This document shows, piece by piece, positions 52,125 to 64,000 of a stretch of 64,000 nt of DNA. The DNA lies in assembly GCA_964016885.1 (NCBI GenBank), contig OZ024759.1:23188001-23252000 (forward strand), written 5' to 3'. The translations under genes and the position numbers were made by a program. The notes beneath the pieces were generated by a model. It searched no databases. It was not told where the DNA came from and saw only the letters and a program-made list of their open reading frames with translations. The first letter of the stretch is position 1; each line of letters opens with the position of its first letter. The DNA is from Eledone cirrhosa. Its lineage: Eukaryota.

Positions 52125-52893
52125 TTGCCTCATCAAGTATGAAATTTGTAGAAAAAAACCAATCTCCACAAATTTCATACTTGACGACCCAATAGATGTG
52201 TGAGTGTGTGTGCTTGAACAATAAAAACAAGTGTAGGTAGAGTAAGTTCATTGTTTTACGATCGCTTTAGAGGGTTAATTGATTGATGGAGTTCAATGTA
52301 TCAAGTAGCATGGTAGTGGTTAGTTTACTTCTAGTCTATTTCTAGTCTCAAAAACCCTGTTTTTATTGTTCAGACTCATATATGTAAATGACTCTGTAAC
52401 ATGGATGGATTTTCTTTGAAGATACAAGTTTGAAGAAAAAAAATAGATAAACGTTGCTAAACGTAAATAATTCTCCCAGATCCAAATTCTCCCCAATCAA
52501 TATATATAAATATATAGTAATAATAATTGTTTTTACTTTTGGCACAAGGCCAGCAATTACCCAGTGCATTACTGGTACTTTATTTTATCGACCCCGTAAG
52601 GATGAAAGGCAAAGTTAACCTTGGCGGGATTTGAACTCAGTTCGTAAAGGGACATAACTGTGCTGCAAAGCATAGCATCCGATCCTCTACCGATACTGCC
52701 AATCCACCGCCCTAGTAATAATAATAATATCTATACTTATATATGAGTTATATATAATTATAAATATGAAAGGGCAGTACTAAGCACTAGCCAATTACCA
52801 GTAAGAGAAAAGGCTCAATGTAAAGAAACAATTGTCAGCAATTAAATGTATTAAACTAAAATTTGATTGTTTTATATTTTGTATATATATATA

Positions 52894-53155
52894 TAGTTAT
52901 GTAATAAACAACATAAGATAATTAATTCATTTACCAGTGGTTTCTTGAAAGCAGATATATCTGTTTTCAGTCGTCAGAATGAATAAAACATGGTGTTTTT
53001 ATTAAATATGGATTTAAACAGATATATCTGCTTTCAAGAAACCACTGGTAAATGAATTAATTATCTTATGTTGTTTATTACATAACTAATAAGCTCTGTA
53101 GCCTACATAGAGCACTCTTTTTTCCTGTACCTTTCCGACGGAATTACTTCATTCA
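52894..53155. mobile_element. Foldback element (73-bp arms plus tail)
   Basis: Arms 52894-52966 and 53016-53088; tail related to ~39650-39720. Confidence 0.75.
52926..52983 (-). ncRNA. Type I hammerhead ribozyme candidate
   Basis: TTCATT-CTGACGA-CTGAAAACAG atatat CTGCTTTCAA-GAAA-CCACTGG-TA-AATGAA; 6-bp stem I, GUA cleavage triplet. Confidence 0.7.
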
Positions 53156-54559
53156 CACATATATATATATTGATTTAATCGACTTTTCCCTCCCCTTCAA
53201 ATTGCTGGTCTTGTGCCTAAAGTAGAAACAATTATTATGCAAACATCAGACGCCATGCTTTGCAGCATAGAGTTATGACCCTTTTTGTTTTGATTTCAAA
53301 TCCCGCTGAGGTTAGCTTTGCCTTTTATCCTTACGGGAGTCGATCAAATAAAGTACCAGTAATGCACTAGTAATGCCTTGTGTCTATAGTAGAAACAATT
53401 ATTACACATAATTGTTTCTACTTTTGGCACAAGGCCAGCAATTACCCAGCACATTACTGGTACTTTATTTTATCGACCCCGTAAGGATGAAAGGCAAAGT
53501 TAACCTCGGCGGGATTTGAACTCAGACTGTAAAGGGACGTAACTATGCTAGAAAGCATGGCGTCCAACCCTCTACCGATACTGCCAATTCTCCGCCATTA
53601 TTACACAAAATGAGGGCGGTGGATTGGCAGTATCGGTAGAGGGTCGGACGCCATGCTTTGAAGCATAGAGTTACGGCCCTTTATGGTCTGAGTTCAAATC
53701 TAGCCGGGGTTAACTTTGCCTTTCATCCTTACGGGGTCGATAAAATAAAGTACCAGTAATACACTGGGTAATTGCTGGCCTTGTGCCAAAAGTAGAAACA
53801 ATTATTACACAAAATGTCAGCTGGTTGTTATACATCTGCTTCAGCATTTGAGATTCCTACAATTTTATGAAAATTTCTCACTCCCTATCCTACTCTGGAA
53901 GAAATCTGCTTTATCCTACCTGGAGAGGTGATGGGCTCTGCCAGGCAGGCTATAAAAAGAAATATGCTCTAGAAACACCATATCTTAATATGATGCCCTT
54001 ATGACTTCCTTGGGAGTAATGAGTCCTACACACACATGCACACATTCATATACATACACACACACACACACACACACACACGTATATACATACAAGGATA
54101 ATTTTTCAGCTTTTCTCAACTATTATTTATAGTGGTCCATTATTATTACAGTTAATTTGAACATTTGGGATTCTCACATTTTCAATCTTAATGTTCAGCA
54201 TGATAAATTGTTTTATGAGAGGCTTCCCTTAATACAGCTTTAAGTATTAATCCTTTAACATTTACATTACTGTATATATATGATTGTATTTTTGTGCTAA
54301 AGGCTTTATCTCACAAAATTATCTCACATAATATAAAATATATGAGATATCTATATTATTTATTTTGAGAACAATTCCTTAATATCAGTGTGTTATCAGG
54401 TTATGGTCAGTTTGAACAGAAAGAGGTGAGAGAATTTTGACTGGATATGGCCAGTTTAAATGCTAAAGGGTTAAGGGGTGATTACTCTTTTGCTGCAATT
54501 TGTCGCCAACAGCATGTTAAAGAGTAAAGAATCTTGCTCATAGAAAAACGGCAACTTAC

Positions 54560-54728
54560 CATTTTCACAAGGTTCATTGTTAACACATTCACAGAGATAT
54601 TGCAACAGTTCTGGTTCAGCTGTAGTGACATTTAGATCAACAAAGTTATCCTGTTTAGTTAATACTAATTCACAATTGCTTGTCGCATCACTTTGAGCAT
54701 TGTAAGTCCAATCCAAGTTTCCAGTTAA
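54560..54728 (-). CDS. VWDE-like membrane protein exon (LTGNLDWTYNAQSDATSNCE...LLQYLCECVNNEPCENG)
   Basis: tattttag|TTA...AAT G|gtaagt; phase 0 to 1. Confidence 0.88.
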
Positions 54729-54829
54729 CTAAAATACAAAGAAAAACATTTTTTTAATTAAAATAAAAATAAAAATTAAAAAAATAAGTGCAAGAATTGC
54801 AAAAGCTGGTGCAATAATGCACCAGCTTC

Positions 54830-55320
54830 AGCATTCAGTAATCAGAAGAAGGGTGGTAGGTGTAAGAGCCAAACTTGTTATCCTCAATTCGGTCATGAAT
54901 CTTGAGTAATAACGAAAAGAATATGATCGCAAATACAAGCAGCCGAAATGGGATTCCTCCAAAGGGTCTTTAGAGTAATGTTACTCAATAAAGAGCGTAG
55001 TTCGGAGATCAGAGAGTCACTCCAGATAGAACCGCTACTTCTCCGAATTGAGAGATCACACCTTCGATACTATGGGCATATGGTGAGAATGTCTCAGGAA
55101 AGAATCGCTGGACAGATTTTACGAGCAAAACCAACTGGTAGGAGACACAGGAGTAGAACCTGAGCAAGATGGTTGGATAAGATCCATGAGTTTGGCTGGT
55201 CACACTTGAGTTTCCAGCCAGATCAGTTGGAGACGGTTGCTTCTGACAGGACCCACTAGAAGGAGTGTTTGAGGACTCTGCCCTCATGACCCTCTCAGGA
55301 ATAAGTGGGCGAAGAAGAAG
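54830..55320 (+). mobile_element. RTE-like LINE 3' fragment; related pieces at ~33650-33840 and 34745-34975
   Basis: IQAAEMGFLQRV...IERSHLRYYGHMVRM...PTGRR; (GAA)n tail. Confidence 0.75.
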
Positions 55321-56161
55321 AAAATTAATATTTAAAAAAATAAGTGGTTAAGGAGTTTGCATCTCAACCACATAGTTCTGCTTTTTTTTTTTTTTGCTTT
55401 TTTTGTAGTTTCTATTTATGATTGAAATCAGTAAATTAATGTGGTGGTGCGCCAGAATTCCCACAGACTAATATATAGCAGTGTATTACTTATACTGGTA
55501 CGTTTAACATATGAGGCTCAGCTGAAAAGTTCATAGGCTGACTATGAAGGAGTGATGCTTGGGATATGAAATCTTGCATGAATTAATTTAAACTCTTCTT
55601 ATTAATAACTGCATTGTTTCTTTCTAGGGACTATGTTAAGGAATAAACCTCATTTGGTCATTCCATGAGAGTATCTTGGTCAGCTTATAAAGGAGTGATG
55701 CTAGAGCTGTGAAATCTTGCATGAATTAATTTAAATTCTTCTTATTAATAACTGGATTGTTTCTTTCTAGGGACTATGTTAAGGAATAAACCTCATTTGG
55801 TCATTCCATGAGAGTATCTTGGTCAGCTTATAAAGGAGTGATGCTAGAGCTGTGAAATCTTGCATGCATTCATTTCAACTATTCTTATTAATAACTGCAT
55901 TGTTTCTTTCTAGGGACTATGTTAAGGAATAAACCTCATTTGGTCATTCCATGAGAGTATCTTGGTCAGCTTATGAAAACGTGATGCTAGAGATGTGAAA
56001 TCTTGCATGCATTAATTTCTTCCTTTCTTATTAATAACTGCATTGTTTCTTTCCAGGGACTATATACCAGAGTGTCATGCATATATATCAGAGTTTTTTA
56101 ATTGCTGGTGCGACACATATGTTGAAAAATATGTTACATATAATGTGTTGGCTCAACTCAC

Positions 56162-56320
56162 TTTGATATCTTCTACACAATCTTCAATCTCAGTAGTAAA
56201 GTTGTTATTCTCCATTATAACCGAACAATTCTCCATAGCTGGGGATGAATAAATTTTATTAGTACAGTTATCCCTTGCAGTCTCCTCCGTGATTCCCTCA
56301 GGCCATGTGGTTCCAGTATT
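56162..56320 (-). CDS. VWDE-like membrane protein exon (NTGTTWPEGITEETARDNCTNKIYSSPAMENCS...IEDCVEDIK)
   Basis: tattctag|AAT...AAA|gtgagt; 53 codons; the WP..GITE..A...C...CV.DI pattern is typical of the region following the VWD domain in VWDE-like proteins. Confidence 0.88.
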
Positions 56321-56457
56321 CTAGAATAAAATAGAATAACATTTGTATATATTTGTATATATTTTTTTTTCCTCAACCTTCCAGCCACCACTTTTTCTAA
56401 ACTTAGCCCTTTCCTGATGAAAACTGATGTCCGATACATTGAAACATTTGTATACTT

Positions 56458-56494
<37 letters not shown>

Positions 56495-59057
56495 CATATA
56501 CATATTTATATATATATGATGATGGCTGCCCCCTCGTTATCGAGTATGGCCATTGCACTATATACCATTATTAATAATTATTAATTAATTCTATCGTGCA
56601 ATGCCTGTGCATGAAAATATTTTTTAAAGTGAGGAAAGACTGTGCACTGAGCCAATCCCACTCTCTGAGCGACAGTAGCTATAACCCGAAAAGAAGAAAA
56701 GATCAACATCATCGGTAACTATTGAGCCGCAGGTTTTATATCGGAGTTATCCCAGTTTCCTGAGTTGCTTCTCCTAGAAGAATGCCCTGACAAAGGCTAG
56801 GGGGTCCTTCACTCCCAATGGTTTAACCATGCAATCGGGTGTCCAACCTGACTATTTCTATGTCCCCGTGCATATATACATACACATGCACCCATGTATA
56901 TACATATATAAATATACATACATATGTACATGCATATATACATATTTACACACTTTCGGATGGCCGTTGAATCTTATGAGTTCTTCCGCCCTTTGTCAGG
57001 TTTTGTTTTTTGTCCTGCAGGGTGTCCAAAATCACCCTCCTCACCAAGTAAACTTGGTGGGGTTGCCGGTTTAGTCACCGTAGCACTCAAGAGTGACCCG
57101 ACATAATATATATATATATATGTATATATACATACACATATATATATACACACATACACATGCATATATATATATTTAGGAGAACCCCTCAGTTTACATC
57201 AAAAGACATGACAATTTCTCTTCTGCATTCAATATGACTATACATAAGTGGGACTACAGACGCCCATGGCCTGTCTGGGAGGTCAGTAACTCCACTTAGT
57301 ACTGACTTGGTCTATGTAGACTGGTCCAACCCTTGCTAATAGGGAAAGCAGATGTTAAATGATGATATATATATATATATATATATATTAAAGTAATATC
57401 TCTATAAATACAGAGTGTGTAACCAAGACTGAACTAACATCCATCCATCCATCCATCCAGTTTTGGTCTTTAGGGTGCTGCCGTTGTCCCGGACTCTGAG
57501 GTAGGCAACACCAGGCAATGTCTCACAGCTGCTCTCCATGAATTTCTGTCCACAGTATCGACATCAGCCAAGTTCCATTTCTACAAATCACTCTTCACGC
57601 CCTCCAACCACGTCTTCCTTGGTCTGCCGTGATCTCTAGTGTCAGGGATTGCCAAGTGAGTGATGGAGTTGTTGCATGACGTGGCTTGCTGTACACGTAT
57701 GGAACCTCCTCATTTTTTTCTATTATATATATATATATATATATATATAATTGTTTCTACTTTAGGCACAAGGCCAGCAAATACCCAGTGCATTACTGGT
57801 ACTTTATTTTATCGACCCCGTAAGGATGAAAGGCAAAGTCAACCTCGGCGGGATTTGAACTCAGATCGTAAAGGGACGTAACTATGCTGGAAAGCATGGC
57901 GTCCGACCCTCTACCGATACTGCCAATCCACCAATGGCTACAAACTCTAAGTGTATTGCAATTGCTTGTTAGATTATAGAAAATGGTGCACTTTTAGGCT
58001 GCAGGAAGCCACACAAACCTGTAACATATCCGGAACAAGCAATGCGTGCTTTGAAGGTTTTTTAAGTGTGGAAAGACCTTGCACTTGACCAGTCTCACTC
58101 TCCGAGCATCAAAAATGCTACACAAAAAGGAGAACTGTCAACATCATCGGGTGCTTCCAAAGCCACAGGTTGTTTTTCAGAAGTTGCCTCTCCTAGAAAG
58201 GTGTTGTGACAACAACTGGAGGCCTTTCACTCCCAGGTGAAAAAAGCCCCATAAATGAAACTACTATTTGGATGGGCGTTGACTCTGCAGAGTTCCTCTG
58301 CCCTTTGCAGGGTATCAGTATTTCATCCAGCAGGGTATCCAAATATCACCCTCTTCACCAAGCAAGCTTGGTAGGGTTGCCGGTTTAGTCGCCGACAACC
58401 CGACCATGAGACTGGTTGTACTGGGTTACATGTTACCTGTAGCATTAGAGAGCGACCTGTTTATATATATATGGTGGTGGCTGCCAACTCGTTTTCGAGT
58501 ACGGCCACTACTTTATATCCACGTAGGAGAACCCCTACCAATGCGTTGAACGAGTGTGACTTTTTAGTCCAGCTAGCGACTTGAAAACTCTGGTACAGAC
58601 ACTACACTTGTGACAATTATTGACACATAGTGCTGGGCCCATGGTACCATGTGACGACAAGTGCAGAGAGATCTCCAGATATAAAGCAATGCCTGTGCCG
58701 TGAAGCTTTTATAGTGAGCAAAGGCAGTGCACAAAGCCAGTCCCACTCTCTTAACCAAGATGATATTTACCAAAAAGAACAAGTCAACATCATTGGATAC
58801 CATCAGGGTTGCAGGTGTTATATCAGAGTTTTCCTTCTCCTAGAATTCTGCCTTGACAAAGGCTAAGGGGTCATCTCTCCCGGTGATTTTGGATGGCCAT
58901 TGACTCTTAAGTGCTCCTTTTCCCTTTGACAGGTTTTGTTTTTAGTCCTGCAGGATGTCCAAAGTCACCCTCCTCACCAAGAAACCTTGGTGGGGTTGCC
59001 AGTTTAGTCGCTAACGACCTGACCATGAGACAGGTTGAACTGGGATACATGTTACCA

Positions 59058-59096
<39 letters not shown>

Positions 59097-59129
59097 CACA
59101 CATATATAAACACACACACACACACATAA

Positions 59130-59160
<31 letters not shown>

Positions 59161-59182
59161 TATATATATATATGTATATATA

Positions 59183-60000
59183 TGATGATGATGATCATCA
59201 TCATCATCATCGTTTAACGTCCATCTTCCACGCTTGCATGGGTTTGGACGGGAGTTTTCCCACTTGAGGCAAGAGTGGTTGTCTTGCTCGCATAGGACTG
59301 TCTGGCGGGTTTTCTATGGCTGGATGCCCTTCCTAACACCAACCACGTTTACAGTGTGGACTGGGAGGTTTTTACCGTGTTACCTACATGGCCTGCCCTT
59401 CATTTTTAGAGAGAACTCTTTAGCGGCTAATAGTGGTATAAGCTCTCTGAACTTTTTCCATCCAGTTCTGACTCTAGCTACTGTACTTTCAGAGCACCCT
59501 CCACCACTGCTGATTTTGTCACCCAAGTAACGGAGGGTGTCCACTATTTCTATAGAACCATCTGTGCAATGGAATGAGCTAGTATTCTGGGGGCACTTGC
59601 TGCTACTTATTGCACCTGAGCACCGGCCACATATAAAATCTATGTTCTTAGTTAGCTTACCTGTGAACCCACTAGATCTTTTATGCACCCATAATTTGCA
59701 TTTGGGACATAAAATAGAGTTTCTACCTATTCCTTTCCTACACACTGAGCATGGCCATTTCCCAGATGGGACCGGTGCCCTATTTTCCTTCCTACAAACT
59801 AGAACTTTAGTCTTAGACAGGTTAATTTTGAGGCCTTTTGATTCTAGGCCATGCTTGCATGTTTGGAATTTCTTCTCTAGTTCAGCCATTGATTCAGCTA
59901 TGAGCGTTAGATCATCTGCGTATAGGAGTTCCCATGGGTAGCCGGTCTTGAACTCCACTCTTATAGCCTGAAGGGCAATAATAAATAGTAGGGGGCTAAG
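59183..60000 (-). mobile_element. RTE-clade LINE fragment with internal deletion (same family as 48927-50195)
   Basis: EFKTGYPWELLYADDLTLIAES (RT YADD motif); ORF joins the 3' UTR directly at ~59392. Confidence 0.9.
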
Positions 60001-60079
60001 AATCAGAAAGTTAGGGCTCTTGCTGTTTTGACAGCAAATTCCAGGAATTCAATGATATCAAAATTTGCCAAAGACCCAC

Positions 60080-60207
60080 CTGGGTATCTCCGAATGTAGG
60101 ATCATATTCTCCAAATCCATTCTCCTCGACTGCTCTCTTCTTTCTTGTATTTGGGGTTCCTGTCTTAATTTTAGCAATAGATATGATGTTATCCGTTATG
60201 TCTCTCA
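60080..60207 (-). CDS. VWDE-like membrane protein exon (RDITDNIISIAKIKTGTPNTRKKRAVEENGFGEYDPTFGDTQ); upstream exons not identified
   Basis: cttgcag|TG...CAG|gtgggt; furin-type RKKR site; phase 0 end joins 56320. Confidence 0.8.
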
Positions 60208-60557
60208 CTGCAAGTGGAGGTTTAAAAATATTTTGATATAAAATAAAATAAAATAAATGGAAACAGAAAACAGCAAATACAGCACTAAATATAAATCTTT
60301 TATATCATGAACAAATGGAACAGTTATCTCTTCACAACTTGTACGACATGAAAACCACTTTAGCCAAACATTCTTAAACAAAATACAAAACAGCCCCTTG
60401 CCTGCATCACAATAAAAATTGAAGTCTGTAATCTAATATTACATGAAACTGCATTAGCAAAACATTCTCGAAAAGTACAAATATATCAAAATATGTCTGC
60501 ATCACATTAAATATTAAAGTATTTACTCTCATACTGCATGACACTGCCTTAACTAAT

Positions 60558-62795
60558 CATCATCATCATCATTTTACATCTGCTTTTACATTTACATTTT
60601 ACATTTACTTCTCTGCTTGCAAGTGGGGGATGGGTCCTATTCAACACACCATCTCTCCATTTATCACGGTCCTTCAAAATCTCCTCTGTGAGCTTCAGCA
60701 ATCTGAGGACAGCTTTCACCACCTCCACCCATGATTTTTGTGGTCTTCCTCTACTGTATCTTCCTTCCACTGGGATTTCTTGGGACTTCTTTACCCAGCG
60801 GTCATCCTCCATGTGCATCACATGTCCATACCAACACAGTCTTCTCTCCCACACACTACAGTTTATCCCTCTTATACACAGCTTCTCTCTCAACTTGTCT
60901 ATGCTTGGTTGTTCACGTACATTGACATTGCACATTCCTCAGAGCATGCTTGCTTCATTTCTCTCCAGCCGTCGTATATCCTCCACAGTTGCTGCCCATG
61001 CCTCACTACCATGCAGCATTGCGCATCTCACATAGGCATCATATAACTGGCCTTTTGTTCTTAGGGAGAAACCCTTCATTGTCAACAGAGGAAGCAGTTT
61101 CCTAAACTTCTTCCAACCCATCCTTATTCTAGATATAATGGCTTTGGAGCAGCCTCCTCCCTTGATAATCTGATCACCTAGGTATCGGATGCTATCAACC
61201 ACTTCCATAGATCCTATCTGCATTTGAAAAATGTGTCTATCACTGTGACTTCTACTGTCAAATTTCCCTGAACATCTACTGCATATGTAATTTCCCTACC
61301 TGTTAGTTTGTGTGCTATTCCACTACATCTCTTGTGCACCCAAGATCTGCATTGTGTGCATTTTATAGAATTTATGCCAATCTTTTTCTACATATCGAAC
61401 ATGGCCATTTCCCTGACGGAATCAAGAGTTTTGTTCTCTTTCCTACTTATCAACATTTTAGTCTTAGCTAGGGTCACTCTCTGTCCTCTTGATTCCAACT
61501 GCTATTTCCATAGCCAGTATTTATTCTCTAGCTCCTCTACTGATTCTGCTATCATTAGCAGATTGTCAGCATAGAGAAGTTCCCATGGGCAGCCAGTCTT
61601 AAACTCCTCTGCTATGGCTTGGAGGACTATAATGAACAAGAGCGGGATGAGGACCGAACCCTGATGTACTCCTACTTGTATCTGGAATTCCTCACTAAAC
61701 TCCATTCCTACTCTCACTTTACTGACAGCACCCCTGTAAATAGCTTGCACTGTCCTCACAAGCCATTCCTCTACAACTAGTTTCCTTAGGGACCACTGGA
61801 TGACAGATTGGGGTACTCTAACAAAGGCCTTCTCTAAGTTAACAAAAGCTAAGTATAGTGGCTTATACTTTTCTAAGAACCTCTCTTGTAGTTGTTGCAC
61901 TAAGAATAGGGTATCTGCTGTACTTTTCCCAGCCAGACACAAATCCAAACTGCATTGCATCTAATTTGACCCTTTCTCTAATTAGTATTGCTAGCATTCT
62001 TTCTGTCACTTTCATAACTTGATCCATCAGTTTTATGCCCCTACAATTGCTCTTCTCCAGAACATCCCCTTTACCTTTGTAGCAATTTATAAGTATGGGT
62101 ATGACTGCACCATATATAGCTTGATTGATTATATGTGAAACCAGTTTAGTTCCTACTTCTCCTGATGCCTTCAGCATCTCAGCAACTATCCCTGACGGTC
62201 CATTGGCTTTACCACTTTTCATTTCCTTCATTGCCTTTTTGACCCTATAGTCGTAAATCTCAATAGTTGGTCCCTCTGTTGGTGTACTGGGGCTAGTTTC
62301 TCTCTCTCCCATTCATTCTCAACATTCATCAGTCTCTCATAATGATACTTCCAGGCCTCCTTTTTCTGAGCATCAGTGACACTAAGTGCACCACCATCAT
62401 TTTGGACACACTTATCTCCAACAACATCCTGATTTACACTGACACACTGCCTTGCAATGTAGAACACTACAGATCTCTGATCTTCTCATTTAGCGGCTGA
62501 GTATCGGTCTCTACTCCCACCAATTTTCCAAGCCTTCTATGCTAGTCTTTTGTCTTTAATGGCTCTATTTACTGTGCTGTTCCACCATCAGGTCACCCTC
62601 TGGTTGGAGCTTCGCTCCAGCCACAAGTCTCTTCAGTAGCCTGCAGTAAGTTGTCAAGTAAGAACTTCCAGTTATCTTCTATGTCATATGATTCTAATTT
62701 ATCTTCTTTTTCGTCATACACATCTTGAAGGGCTTTCCTAAATTTATATTTTATTTAAAGGTCTTTTAGCTTCCAGACCTTCCCTTTCCACACCT
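60558..62795 (-). mobile_element. Degenerate RTE-clade LINE (RT domain with frameshifts and stops)
   Basis: Fragments MKSGKANGPSGIVAEMLK, YKGKGD...[48 protein letters not shown]; (CAT)n tail. Confidence 0.92.
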
Positions 62796-64000
62796 TCCTG
62801 TGTGTCTCATTTTGTCTCTTGCTCATGGAGATGTCATTAATACAAAACAGCACTATGCCTGCATCAAATTAAAAATTAAAGTCTTCACTCCAATACTGCA
62901 TATTGCCAGACAATCTTGTAAAGTACAAAAACAGCATTATATTTGCATCACATTAAACACAAAAGTCTTTATTCTAATACTGCAAAATTTCACAATGCTC
63001 TGTCTTCTAATAAAGATAAATTTGAATTCAACCTATTTATAAGCATACATTTGATGGAAACAGAAGTGGCCTCAGGCATTTCAGTATCAAAAGGTTTAAA
63101 TTTATTGTGGGGCTAGGGAGCTGTAAGATGTGAGGGGCCAGTGACGTCACATTAGAAGAAGTTGGCCATATCTCCCTCTTGGTCTCTGAGCTGTGATCGA
63201 GTGCAGATGCTTTGTATGACTTGTGTAAATGAGTGTATGAGTTTTGCTAGGTGAGCATCATGCAGGTAGATTTGGTTCAGAATCAAGTGGGGACTCAAAA
63301 GTAGGCCTCTTTGCTTTTTACGACACTCATGAATGCAAAAGTAGTTAAACTACTTCAAGTAAATTTAGTAACTACTATACTCACTATTTGAGCGTAAAGA
63401 ACAGCTCACTGCATCTCCAAATGGCTTACAGTCCACTGTGTTTTCAAGACATAGACAGTATTGAGGGACTTTAAAATCGAGTTTCTTGCTATATCCATTA
63501 TAGTATGTGTCACTGGCTCTGCAAAAAAGAACACCAAAGATATTATTAACCCCTAATTAGAAAATTAGCCTCTTCACATTGTCAAATTGACTGCATGACC
63601 AAGCCTTTCAGTGTTAAGGGGATTTTGGGTTCTAAAGCCCCTCCAATAATTTGTTTCAATATAGGCAGATGGCTTAGTGGTTAGAGCATTGGGTTTGCAA
63701 TCTAAAGGTTGTGAGTTCAATTCTCGGACCGGGTGATGTGTTGTTTCCTTGAGCAAGATACTTTATTTCACATTGCTCCAGTTTACTCAGCTGTAGAAAT
63801 GAGATGATAGGACTGGGGTCTCTATCATTCCACTGCAAAGTGGTTGTGGAGGTGCTACGGCAAAAAAAAAAAAGCACCCAGCCCACACTGTAAAGTGGAC
63901 GTGTAGGCGCCACGGAAAAAAAGCACCCAGCACTCACTGTAAATGAGCTTGGTGTTTGGAAGGGCATCCAGCTGTAGAAATCAAGCCAGAATCAGTTCCC

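Noticed and set aside
63048-63112. Candidate further upstream exon of the VWDE-like gene
   Set aside because: Phase could fit, but the splice signals are weak and the peptide has no family motif.

Overview
AT-rich, intron-rich animal genomic DNA dense in (TA)n/(CA)n microsatellites. The repeat content (MetaSINE-type tRNA SINEs, RTE LINEs) suggests an octopus or other cephalopod mollusc, which is an inference. Two spliced genes were reconstructed by hand with consistent GT-AG phases. The first is the last five exons of a cytosolic purine 5'-nucleotidase (NT5C2 orthologue, + strand, 224-7163). The second is the last eight exons of a VWDE-like, cysteine-rich single-pass membrane protein (- strand, 60207-38620). 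Between them lie an 81-bp tandem repeat open in two frames, a recent ~2.27-kb tandem triplication carrying a candidate promoter and first exon, and many SINEs, MITEs and LINE fragments. The most striking unexplained structure is a set of short foldback elements from several unrelated sequence families, sitting in (TA)n tracts. Many carry a minimal type I hammerhead-ribozyme motif (stem I-CTGANGA-stem II-GAAA-near-palindromic loop-NUH), the signature of Penelope-like element pseudo-LTRs. One also holds a variant telomeric repeat array. Most ORFs in the supplied track are microsatellite or palindrome artefacts.
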